Shown piece after piece: positions 46,641 to 54,355 of a stretch of DNA of 64,000 nt. A model generated the notes under the pieces. It searched no databases and was not told where the DNA came from. It was given only the letters and a program-made list of their open reading frames with translations. The stretch comes from an uncultured Planctomycetia bacterium (GTDB lineage Bacteria; Omnitrophota; Gorgyraeia; 2-02-FULL-51-18): contig CAZVNB010000033.1 of the NCBI GenBank assembly GCA_964628355.1, positions 4,965 to 68,964 on the forward strand. The letters are read 5' to 3'. Position numbers and translations under genes: made by a program. Numbering within the stretch: position 1 is the stretch's first letter; every line of letters begins with the position of its first letter.

Positions 46641-46916
46641 TCAATCACGTGATCGACTTAAGCTTCTTAAAGAATAAAAATCACCATGAATCAGTGCCAA
46701 CTTCTTGGCGCGACTCCAGCACTTAATCTGTGCTTCACGCTTTTTAGCGTCTACTTTGGATCGATGTTCTTCTTGATAAACCAAGCGAGCGGGTGGATTG
46801 TAGCCGGTATAATGCGACGTGCCTTCTCGATGTTCCCTCAGCCGCCGATTAAGATCGTTCGTTACACCTGTATAAAATGATCCGTCTGCGCATTCTAAAA
46901 TATAAACCGTCCACAT
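46641..46916 (-). CDS. GIY-YIG nuclease-family protein
   Basis: VYILECADGSFYTGVTNDLNRRLREH is the GIY-(x10)-YIG motif; 91 aa. Confidence 0.75.
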   Translation of the reverse strand: MWTVYILECADGSFYTGVTNDLNRRLREHREGTSHYTGYNPPARLVYQEEHRSKVDAKKREAQIKCWSRAKKLALIHGDFYSLRSLSRSRD

Positions 46917-47190
46917 TGATATTGTCCTTCGACGCGTTCGCTTCGCTCACTTGCTCAGGATGGATTCGGTGGTGAGCAAGGCGGATGGCCAAAAGGCCAT
47001 CCGCCGCGTCGAATCCACTCCACGAGCAGATATCCCAGGGAACCTTAATCTGCTCAAAAAGCACTGTTAAATTTCAAAAAGCACTCAAAAACACCACCCG
47101 ACTTACCCGGGCCAGTCAATTCTCCCACGCCGAAGAGATGGCCGCGCTTTGGAGCGATTCTCCAGAGTTGTTGCGGTGGGTGAAGGTGTC

Positions 47191-47709
47191 TTAAAAAACA
47201 CTATTATAAGGCAACACAAAGTGAGGTTCTTTAGCTTGCCTCCATAAAACCTCGACTGCCTGATTTAACACATTGCTCCAAAAAGTCATTTGACCACTGA
47301 TGTCTTCAATTTGACCGCTTTCGGACATTTTTATCCATACATTGATATTCCTGGTGGATTTAGGATCCAAGATGTAAGGGGCCGGTACAATGGTGAAGGT
47401 GCAAGTATTATCGTTGTTCATGACAAAGTTTTGTATCGTGTTATCCGTCGTTGAAAAAGTTTCGATTTTTAAAGCAACATCCTTCTGTTGGGGAAATGGA
47501 GTCATATAAATATGCTTCCATGCAATCTCGGACTTTCCATCAACATTTCTAATAAAAATATTTGCTATAATCTTAGTCCCTGGCATCTTCCCATTTTCGT
47601 ATACATCTAAATATTCCGTACCACCAACTCCTAAATCATCATGTAAGCCGGCATAAGCACAAGCTGTAAGAGTTAAAAATAATAAAACTACTAACACAAC
47701 GCGCTTCAT
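47191..47709 (-). CDS. Secreted hypothetical protein
   Basis: Signal peptide MKRVVLVVLLFLTLTACAYA; 172 aa. Confidence 0.45.
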   Translation of the reverse strand: MKRVVLVVLLFLTLTACAYAGLHDDLGVGGTEYLDVYENGKMPGTKIIANIFIRNVDGKSEIAWKHIYMTPFPQQKDVALKIETFSTTDNTIQNFVMNNDNTCTFTIVPAPYILDPKSTRNINVWIKMSESGQIEDISGQMTFWSNVLNQAVEVLWRQAKEPHFVLPYNSVF

Positions 47710-47735
47710 GAATAATCCTTTAATTTAATCTCGCT

Positions 47736-48524
47736 TTACTCAAAAGTAAAAGTACCGTCCGAAGTGATTCCCAATCGGTCTCGTCGTTCGGCGCGCAAGT
47801 CACGTACCGGATTGCCCCCCCAAGCCCCCTTGGCAGGAATTTTAGTGCCCTTAGGTAGATAGCTGCAAGGAGCAATGGAGGCCCCGTCTCCGATTTCGCA
47901 GTCGGGCATGATCACCGAGCCAAGACCAACTGAGGCGTTATTGCCTATTTTGGTGGGTGCCAAGCGCAAAAAACCACGTTCCGAGGCATGACAAATTAGC
48001 GCTACACCTCCACCGATCAGCACATTGTTGCCTATTTCAAGCATCGATAGATCCGCAAGACCAGCTGTATTTATATTCACTCCTTCCCCTACCTTGGCTC
48101 CCATGAGACGATAAAACAACGTTTGAAACGGCGAAAGACGTAAAACATCCAAAAAGGCGCTATTGGCGATTAAAATCATAGAGTTGTATCCCATCCACCG
48201 AAGGGCTTCTGGGGAATGAATGGCGTAAAGACCCGATGCAATCTTAAATCTGAAAATATTCTTTGTGAGAACGCAAAGAAAAATCAGTGTTGTGCCAAAA
48301 ATAAAATAACCCAATGAAATTGAAAAAGAAAATGCCAGCACTCTGAGCCAAAGTGCGTATGCCACTGTCAATTTCCACGTGCCGATAAGAAAAAAGACCA
48401 TGGGAAAAAGAGAAAAACCTAGCACAAAAATAGCTATAAAATGCAGAAAAATAATCCAAAGCTCAAAACGCGTGGCTTCCCACTTGGCTTTTTTACTTTT
48501 ATCATTCGGACTAGCTTCAGTCAT
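47736..48524 (-). CDS. Membrane-anchored hexapeptide-repeat (left-handed beta-helix) acyl/acetyltransferase
   Basis: N-terminal ~4 TM helices. C-terminal hexapeptide repeats (GAKVGEGVNINTAGLADLSMLEIGNNVLIGGGV...IGNNASVGLGSVI...IGDGASIA). Confidence 0.6.
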   Translation of the reverse strand: MTEASPNDKSKKAKWEATRFELWIIFLHFIAIFVLGFSLFPMVFFLIGTWKLTVAYALWLRVLAFSFSISLGYFIFGTTLIFLCVLTKNIFRFKIASGLYAIHSPEALRWMGYNSMILIANSAFLDVLRLSPFQTLFYRLMGAKVGEGVNINTAGLADLSMLEIGNNVLIGGGVALICHASERGFLRLAPTKIGNNASVGLGSVIMPDCEIGDGASIAPCSYLPKGTKIPAKGAWGGNPVRDLRAERRDRLGITSDGTFTFE

Positions 48525-48604
48525 GCCGCTAATTTAACATTCTTATCTACACTGTGCAAAGGTAAATACAGCAACACTGTGCATAATCGCCTTTACTAAG
48601 TAAA

Positions 48605-48839
48605 GGTTACCAGCACCCTTACTTGTGCCCTTACACATCTAGTTGGCAGGACACTTTTTTCTTTTAAGCAAGACAGAGTATGCAAGTGCAGTTTCTTGGT
48701 AACTAATTCCATCTCCTTGTGTCCCCTCCACTGATTAGGGTATGTGCGTACGTGCTTTTAATGTCTTGCTTAAAAGAAAAAAGTGTCCTGCCAACGTGAG
48801 TTTGAGTGGATAGCTTTACCGAGAATAAGGGTGCTGGCA
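48605..48839. repeat. Compound inverted-repeat element (inverton- or MITE-like)
   Basis: A perfect 32-bp inverted repeat (48643-48674 and 48763-48794) flanks an 88-bp core. An outer 16-bp inverted repeat (48605-48620 and 48824-48839) has one mismatch. The element lies in the divergent intergenic region between 47736-48524 (minus) and 48928-49677 (plus). Confidence 0.8.
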
Positions 48840-48927
48840 ACTGAGTATAGCTCAGTTAATGAGATATTCTTAATGCTGGTTCGTGAAATTCTTAATTAAA
48901 AGAACATGAGTATGCTAAACTCACCGC

Positions 48928-49677
48928 ATGAGTCAAACACAAAAGTTTATTTTGGTAACTGGAGGCACCCGGGGAATCGGAAAAGCGATCACCCTGTCGC
49001 AGGTAAAAAAGACTTGTACGATTTTTTTAAATTACCTACGTGACGATGCTTCCGCGATGAAGGTGAAAAAAACCGCCGAAAAAAAAGGTTCCCGTGTCGT
49101 TCTTCTGCCAGGCAATGTCGGTGATGCGGAAACGGTATCCTGCCTATTTCAGTCAATTCAAAAAGAAACAAACCGCCTAGATGCCCTGATTCACAGCGCG
49201 GCACTCGGGGTTTTTAAACCCGTCCATCAATTGCGCGTGAAAGATTGGGATATTTCACTCGACGTGAATGCGAAGGCATTTTTGCTCCTCACGCAGGCAA
49301 CGTTGCCATTGATGAAAAAATACGGTGGTAAAATCCTTGCAATCTCAAGCCTCGGATCACGGCGTTTCACACCCAATTACGGAGCCATCGGCATTTCGAA
49401 AGCAGCGCTAGAAAACCTGGTGCGTTATCTTGCTGTTGAACTGGCACCGCATAAAATTCATGTAAATGCGGTGTCAGGGGGACTGGTCGAGACCGATTCT
49501 CTCAAGATGTTCCCCAATTTTGAGTCAATGAAGAAAGCTTACCTTTCTCGAACGCCGGGAGCTCGTCTGGGAAAACCACAAGATATTGCGGATATCGTTT
49601 CCTTTCTTTTAAGTCCTCAGGCTAACTGGATTTACGGTCAGACGATTATCGCGGATGGCGGCTATTCTCTCTTTTAA
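48928..49677 (+). CDS. SDR-family oxidoreductase (FabG-like)
   Basis: TGGTRGIGKAI Rossmann motif, NAA and S...Y..K catalytic elements. Confidence 0.8.
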   Translation: MSQTQKFILVTGGTRGIGKAITLSQVKKTCTIFLNYLRDDASAMKVKKTAEKKGSRVVLLPGNVGDAETVSCLFQSIQKETNRLDALIHSAALGVFKPVHQLRVKDWDISLDVNAKAFLLLTQATLPLMKKYGGKILAISSLGSRRFTPNYGAIGISKAALENLVRYLAVELAPHKIHVNAVSGGLVETDSLKMFPNFESMKKAYLSRTPGARLGKPQDIADIVSFLLSPQANWIYGQTIIADGGYSLF

Positions 49678-50836
49678 TTCTCTGGCTTTTTTCTATTCAT
49701 TCCTGGTCATCGCGGTTTGGACACGACGTGTTTTTTGGATGTCAAAGTTCCGAAAAACCAACCCACCTCTCAAACCCATCGAGCAGTCCAATATCCGGGT
49801 GAACGAGAAAATTTCCGTTATTGTTCCTGCGCGCAATGAGGAAAAAAATATTGCACGTTGTCTTTTTCATCTTTTAAGGCAAAATTATAAGAATTTTGAA
49901 ATTATTGTGGTGGATGACCGTTCCGATGACCGCACGGGACACCTTTTACAAAACTTCAAAGGGCTGTCCGAACTACCGTTTAAAATAATCCGTATCGAAA
50001 AACTCCCTTCAGGCTGGACAGGGAAAAACCATGCCATGTTCGTGGGATCAAAAGCGGCAACAGGATCCTGGCTCCTTTTCACGGACGCGGACACAACGCA
50101 CCAACCGGCATCACTTGGCACAGCCATTAGTTGTGCGGTTGAAAATAAAATCGATTTCCTAACACTTGCACCGGAAACTGAATGTCGTACGTTTTGGGAA
50201 AAAACGGTGCAACCTCTCGCCGTTTCGAGCCTCGCGCTGTGGTTTAACACAGTAGAAGTGAACAATCCACTTTCAAAAATTGTGCTTGCCAATGGTCAGT
50301 ATATTTTGATCCGGAAAAATATCTATGAAGCGGTGGGAGGAAATGAGTCCGTAAAATCAGAAGTGGTGGAAGATGTGGAACTGGCCAAAAAAGTAAAAGC
50401 CGCGGGTTACGCGATTCGCTTTCTTAACGGCACCGAGCTTTATTCGACACGCATGTACAGCTCGCTAAAAGAAATTAAGACCGGCTGGACGCGTATCTAC
50501 ACTTATCTATTCAATAAAAAAGTTCCGCTGATCCTGCATAAAATATTTCTATTTTTATTTTTTTCTATCCTCCCTTTCATTGTTTTAGGTCTTGAAAAAT
50601 TCTGGTTTTTTTCCGGGTCGGCGCTTTATAATCCGACGGTTTGCGTAATATCTCTTTTTGCCTGCACATGGATAATTCTTATTCGTTTTTTTGGAAACAA
50701 GCTTCTAAAATGCAATCCTTGGTACGCCCTGCTTCACCCCGTCGGGTCGCTGGTGATGTTGTGGGTTCTTGCCTCTTGCCTGGGAAGAATAATTTTCAAC
50801 CAACCGTCGGTGTGGCGCGGGGATTCTTACCGTTAA
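49655..50836 (+). CDS. Family 2 glycosyltransferase with C-terminal TM region
   Basis: VIVPARNEE, IIVVDDRSDD and LFTDADT (DXD) motifs. An alternative start at ATG 49739 is possible. Confidence 0.7.
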   Translation: MAAILSFNSLAFFYSFLVIAVWTRRVFWMSKFRKTNPPLKPIEQSNIRVNEKISVIVPARNEEKNIARCLFHLLRQNYKNFEIIVVDDRSDDRTGHLLQNFKGLSELPFKIIRIEKLPSGWTGKNHAMFVGSKAATGSWLLFTDADTTHQPASLGTAISCAVENKIDFLTLAPETECRTFWEKTVQPLAVSSLALWFNTVEVNNPLSKIVLANGQYILIRKNIYEAVGGNESVKSEVVEDVELAKKVKAAGYAIRFLNGTELYSTRMYSSLKEIKTGWTRIYTYLFNKKVPLILHKIFLFLFFSILPFIVLGLEKFWFFSGSALYNPTVCVISLFACTWIILIRFFGNKLLKCNPWYALLHPVGSLVMLWVLASCLGRIIFNQPSVWRGDSYR

Positions 50837-51644
50837 AATTATTGGACGCCACAGTAACTTTCGTGGATGGCCAATAGAGTTGATAAATCTTTTGTTGGGC
50901 AAATTTTTTAAATTCCGCATCTTGGCTACCGACATTTAGCTTTAAATTTTCATACGCGTACACCCCCATCGGCTGGTTTTGCCAGTCAAAAAGCGCCATC
51001 TGATCTGGTAATGCCGTTTCTTGATCAAAGTGAACTATCGCGCGATGCGAAAAAAAACCATCGTCCGGCTTCGATCCGGAAAATATAACATCCACCGTTT
51101 CGCCACCACCCAACTTCTGAGACGCAATCACTTGAAGCTTATTTTCTCTGGCGCCTTTCAGCACGGCTTGAGTAAAATCATTGAGGAAAGAACCAATGCC
51201 AGCATCCTCGATATTATAAGATTCACTTCCCTCGCGCACCCAGGGACTTGTCGGATCGAGAAATATTACGGGCGCCAGTCCCAACAGCAGCCCTGGCTTG
51301 TGAATTGCAAGCTTCCCGTCATGTTTTCCCCGTTCATATAAAACCTGCAGTCCTTTTTTTGGCAGGTTTGTCCAACCCATGAATATTTTGAATGGCTTTT
51401 CAAATTTAAGAAAAATTGTTTCCTTAGGCCCTAAAACATCCCCAGATTTTTCCTGCTTTTGGAACATCGCTTTATAATCCTGAATGGTTCCGTAGGCCTT
51501 TAAGCTCTTCTCCAACACTGCCCCTAGACGCACACGATTAGAATCCGGATCCTTGCTGAGATCTTTGAGTTGAAATATTTCTGTCGCGTGAAGCACAGGC
51601 AAAAATAAAAAGAATAGTAGGAAAGTTAGAATGGTTTTCTTCAT
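50796..51644 (-). CDS. Secreted hypothetical protein
   Basis: Signal peptide MKKTILTFLLFFLFLPVLHA; 282 aa. Confidence 0.45.
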   Translation of the reverse strand: MKKTILTFLLFFLFLPVLHATEIFQLKDLSKDPDSNRVRLGAVLEKSLKAYGTIQDYKAMFQKQEKSGDVLGPKETIFLKFEKPFKIFMGWTNLPKKGLQVLYERGKHDGKLAIHKPGLLLGLAPVIFLDPTSPWVREGSESYNIEDAGIGSFLNDFTQAVLKGARENKLQVIASQKLGGGETVDVIFSGSKPDDGFFSHRAIVHFDQETALPDQMALFDWQNQPMGVYAYENLKLNVGSQDAEFKKFAQQKIYQLYWPSTKVTVASNNFNGKNPRATPTVG

Positions 51645-52567
51645 AGTTTCAAAGTTGTGTTTAAAAAATTAAGCACTTCTTTTTCGTATAAATCACGTTT
51701 TAATATTACCGCTTCGTTATGCCCGGCTTTAGGGACCACTAGATGGGCTCTCGGTGCACGTGACGCATCAAGACGCGCGAGAAATTTCTGGTGGCGGCTC
51801 GGAACATAGTCATCATTTTCACCATGAATCATGAGAAGGGGCACGTGTTTTTTCCGCAATAATTTTTCTACGTCGATAAATTTTTTTCCACTACGACGCT
51901 GGCAATGCCAAAAACCCAACTGCGTAAAAATATTGACCACCCAATCCGGGTAATGTTGGCCGAAAAGATTTGGCTTCACGAGAATCGGCGCCCACTTACG
52001 GATGTAATCACGAAAAATCTCTTTCATTGAAAAAAGACCATCAGCAACCACCGCGCTCACTGCGCTGGTTTTAAAAGACGCACCTAGAGCAATATTGGCT
52101 CCTTTGGAGACGCCAAATAACAGAATCGGGGAGACATCATACGCTTTTCTCACCCAGCGAATCACGGTAAGAAGCCGTTCAACATCCATTGCCTCCGGCC
52201 ATTGCATCAGAGCATTGGCCTCACCATCCTTGGTTTTCTCATCAAACTCGACGCTGAGCACGCAACACCCCGCCTCGGGAAGAAATGACACATATTTTTC
52301 CCACGATTCCTTCGTAGCGCCGGACTCATGGCAGAAAATAACAGTGCACCGTGGGTTTTTTTTCTCGACAATGAGCGCTTCAATCTCATTGTCGGAAGAA
52401 TCTAAAATGCTGATCTTCTCGCCACGCACCGGAATGTCGGACAAACCGGAAGGTTTGTACACCAATCCCATAAAAATATTGCTGATCATACGAGTGTATT
52501 TAAAAGCAGAGAACAAACCGTAGGCGATTAACGCTGCCGCCAGCGCGAACCAAATAAAATGAATCAT
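51641..52567 (-). CDS. Membrane-anchored alpha/beta hydrolase
   Basis: N-terminal TM segment; nucleophile elbow GVSKGAN (G-x-S-x-G) with downstream D/H candidates. Confidence 0.55.
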   Translation of the reverse strand: MIHFIWFALAAALIAYGLFSAFKYTRMISNIFMGLVYKPSGLSDIPVRGEKISILDSSDNEIEALIVEKKNPRCTVIFCHESGATKESWEKYVSFLPEAGCCVLSVEFDEKTKDGEANALMQWPEAMDVERLLTVIRWVRKAYDVSPILLFGVSKGANIALGASFKTSAVSAVVADGLFSMKEIFRDYIRKWAPILVKPNLFGQHYPDWVVNIFTQLGFWHCQRRSGKKFIDVEKLLRKKHVPLLMIHGENDDYVPSRHQKFLARLDASRAPRAHLVVPKAGHNEAVILKRDLYEKEVLNFLNTTLKL

Positions 52568-53307
52568 GACAATACCTTCTGACTTTTCCGGCCTTTGATT
52601 TTCTCCAGTATAACCGCGCCCACCACGCTGATTTCAAACAAAATGAAAAGCGGAATAGCCAATAAAAGTTGGCTTGCCACGTCCGGACCAGGGGTCAACA
52701 CCGCCGCCAAAATAAAAATTGACACAATCGCCCAACGCTGGAATTTATTTAATATTTTTGCATTCACCAGCCCCGAACCCACTAGGACAAGGATAAACAC
52801 GGGTAAATTGAATGCCACGCCGAAAGCAAACACCATGGAAGTTAAAAATGAAATATATTCGCTAGCGGATACTAGGGGTTTCATAAACTCACTCTGCATG
52901 CCGATCAGAAAATGAAGCGTGAGTGGTATGACTCCAAAAAATGAAAAAATCGCTCCCAGAATAAACAAAAAAGTTGAAATAACAATCAGGGGAAACAGAA
53001 CTTTTTTTTCATTGCTATATAGCGCAGGCAAAACAAAAAGCCACAGCTGCCCGAGAATCACTGGCGATGAAAACACTACCGCCGCCAGCAATGACACTTT
53101 GATTTTGACAATGAAAGCATCCGCGGGAGAAAAAAAGTAAACCGACGGCACTTCTCGCACCAAAGGCGTCACAAGCCAATTCAGTAAGTGGTCTGAATAA
53201 ACCATTGGCGGTAAGATACAGACAAAAAAAGCCGCGAGCGATATAATGAGTCGTTGCCTCAGCTCATCTAAATGCTCAAAAAACGTCCCGTAAAATTGTC
53301 GCGCCAT
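52564..53307 (-). CDS. tatC: Twin-arginine translocase subunit TatC
   Basis: FFEHLDELRQRLI start and six TM segments, typical of TatC. Confidence 0.9.
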   Translation of the reverse strand: MARQFYGTFFEHLDELRQRLIISLAAFFVCILPPMVYSDHLLNWLVTPLVREVPSVYFFSPADAFIVKIKVSLLAAVVFSSPVILGQLWLFVLPALYSNEKKVLFPLIVISTFLFILGAIFSFFGVIPLTLHFLIGMQSEFMKPLVSASEYISFLTSMVFAFGVAFNLPVFILVLVGSGLVNAKILNKFQRWAIVSIFILAAVLTPGPDVASQLLLAIPLFILFEISVVGAVILEKIKGRKSQKVLS

Positions 53308-53431
53308 TTATTTTAAAAAATTGCCAAATATGTAAGCCATGACATCATTGTAACATAACACTTTACTGTGACTTAGGGTGTGTTGCGTTGACTTCTGGTG
53401 GGCCATCTGCTACACTCCAATCTCAGTGCGC

Positions 53432-54355
53432 ATGAATAATATCAAAATCCGATCTGCACTACTTGGTGTTCTCATCAGCGTCCTTTCTTTGTACGCGTTG
53501 AGCCTGCTTTTCGATAAAAATTTACTACTCCGAAAAAACCGGAACCTGAACGAAGATTCCAGAAGACTTGCGCAAGTCTTCGACTTTATTCAACAAAAAA
53601 CCCGGAAGACTGCGCAAAACCTCCAAGAATTTGAAAAAGAAAAACAAACCCTCCTCGAAACATTGGACTTCCTCAAAAAAGAAAATGCGGCGCTTCAATC
53701 TTCGATAAAAAAAAATGAATCACGCCTTGAGTCGATCAAAGAGGAAAAATCCTATCTTGAAGAGATGTTGATCAATAAAACCAAGCAAATTGAAATCTTG
53801 AATAGCCAAAAACAAACAGCTGCCGCTTCGAATGCCGAAACAGCACCGCCCGAGGGCATGAATGCAACCCTTCAGCAAAAAGACGAGGAGTTGAAACGTC
53901 TCAACGATCAAAACCATATTTTACAGGAAAAGCTCGATCGTCTTTACAAAACTACCAACGACAAAATTAACGAGATCAATATCGCAAAGATCGCGCTCGC
54001 CGACACAGTATCGACCGCCCGCAAGAAAATTGAAGATGAATGGAACATGGTGAATCTCGGTTCCGTCGCAACCAGCGCCATATCCGAACGCAGTAAAACC
54101 CCGCTAGAGACTCCGCAACCCAAATCAGAAGGCCACGTACTTGCAATTAACAACGAGCACGGCTTTGTTGTGATTGATCTGGGGAAAGTGGACAACTTAT
54201 CTTCAGAGTCCACGTTGGAAGTGAAAAAGAACGGCCAGTCGATCGCAACTTTAAATATTCTTGAAATTCGTGATGTGATGGCCGCCTGCAATATCAAGGA
54301 AATCCAAACCGGTCAAAGAGTCGAAATCAACGATCCTGTTTCAATCCTACGCTGA
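53432..54355 (+). CDS. Membrane-anchored coiled-coil protein, hypothetical
   Basis: TM segment near the N-terminus and a long coiled-coil. Start taken at MNNIKIRS. Confidence 0.4.
   Translation: MNNIKIRSALLGVLISVLSLYALSLLFDKNLLLRKNRNLNEDSRRLAQVFDFIQQKTRKTAQNLQEFEKEKQTLLETLDFLKKENAALQSSIKKNESRLESIKEEKSYLEEMLINKTKQIEILNSQKQTAAASNAETAPPEGMNATLQQKDEELKRLNDQNHILQEKLDRLYKTTNDKINEINIAKIALADTVSTARKKIEDEWNMVNLGSVATSAISERSKTPLETPQPKSEGHVLAINNEHGFVVIDLGKVDNLSSESTLEVKKNGQSIATLNILEIRDVMAACNIKEIQTGQRVEINDPVSILR

Noticed and set aside
46990-47030. Possible tRNA 3' end (GCGTCGAATCCACTCC) next to the GIY-YIG gene
   Set aside because: The flanking sequence does not form a T-arm or acceptor stem. Rejected as a tRNA or att site.
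48675-48790. 38-aa minus-strand ORF (MELVTKKLHL...) spanning the core of the inverted-repeat element, with AAGGAG upstream
   Set aside because: The Shine-Dalgarno sequence abuts the ATG with no spacer, and the ORF is generated largely by the inverted-repeat sequence itself. Not considered coding.
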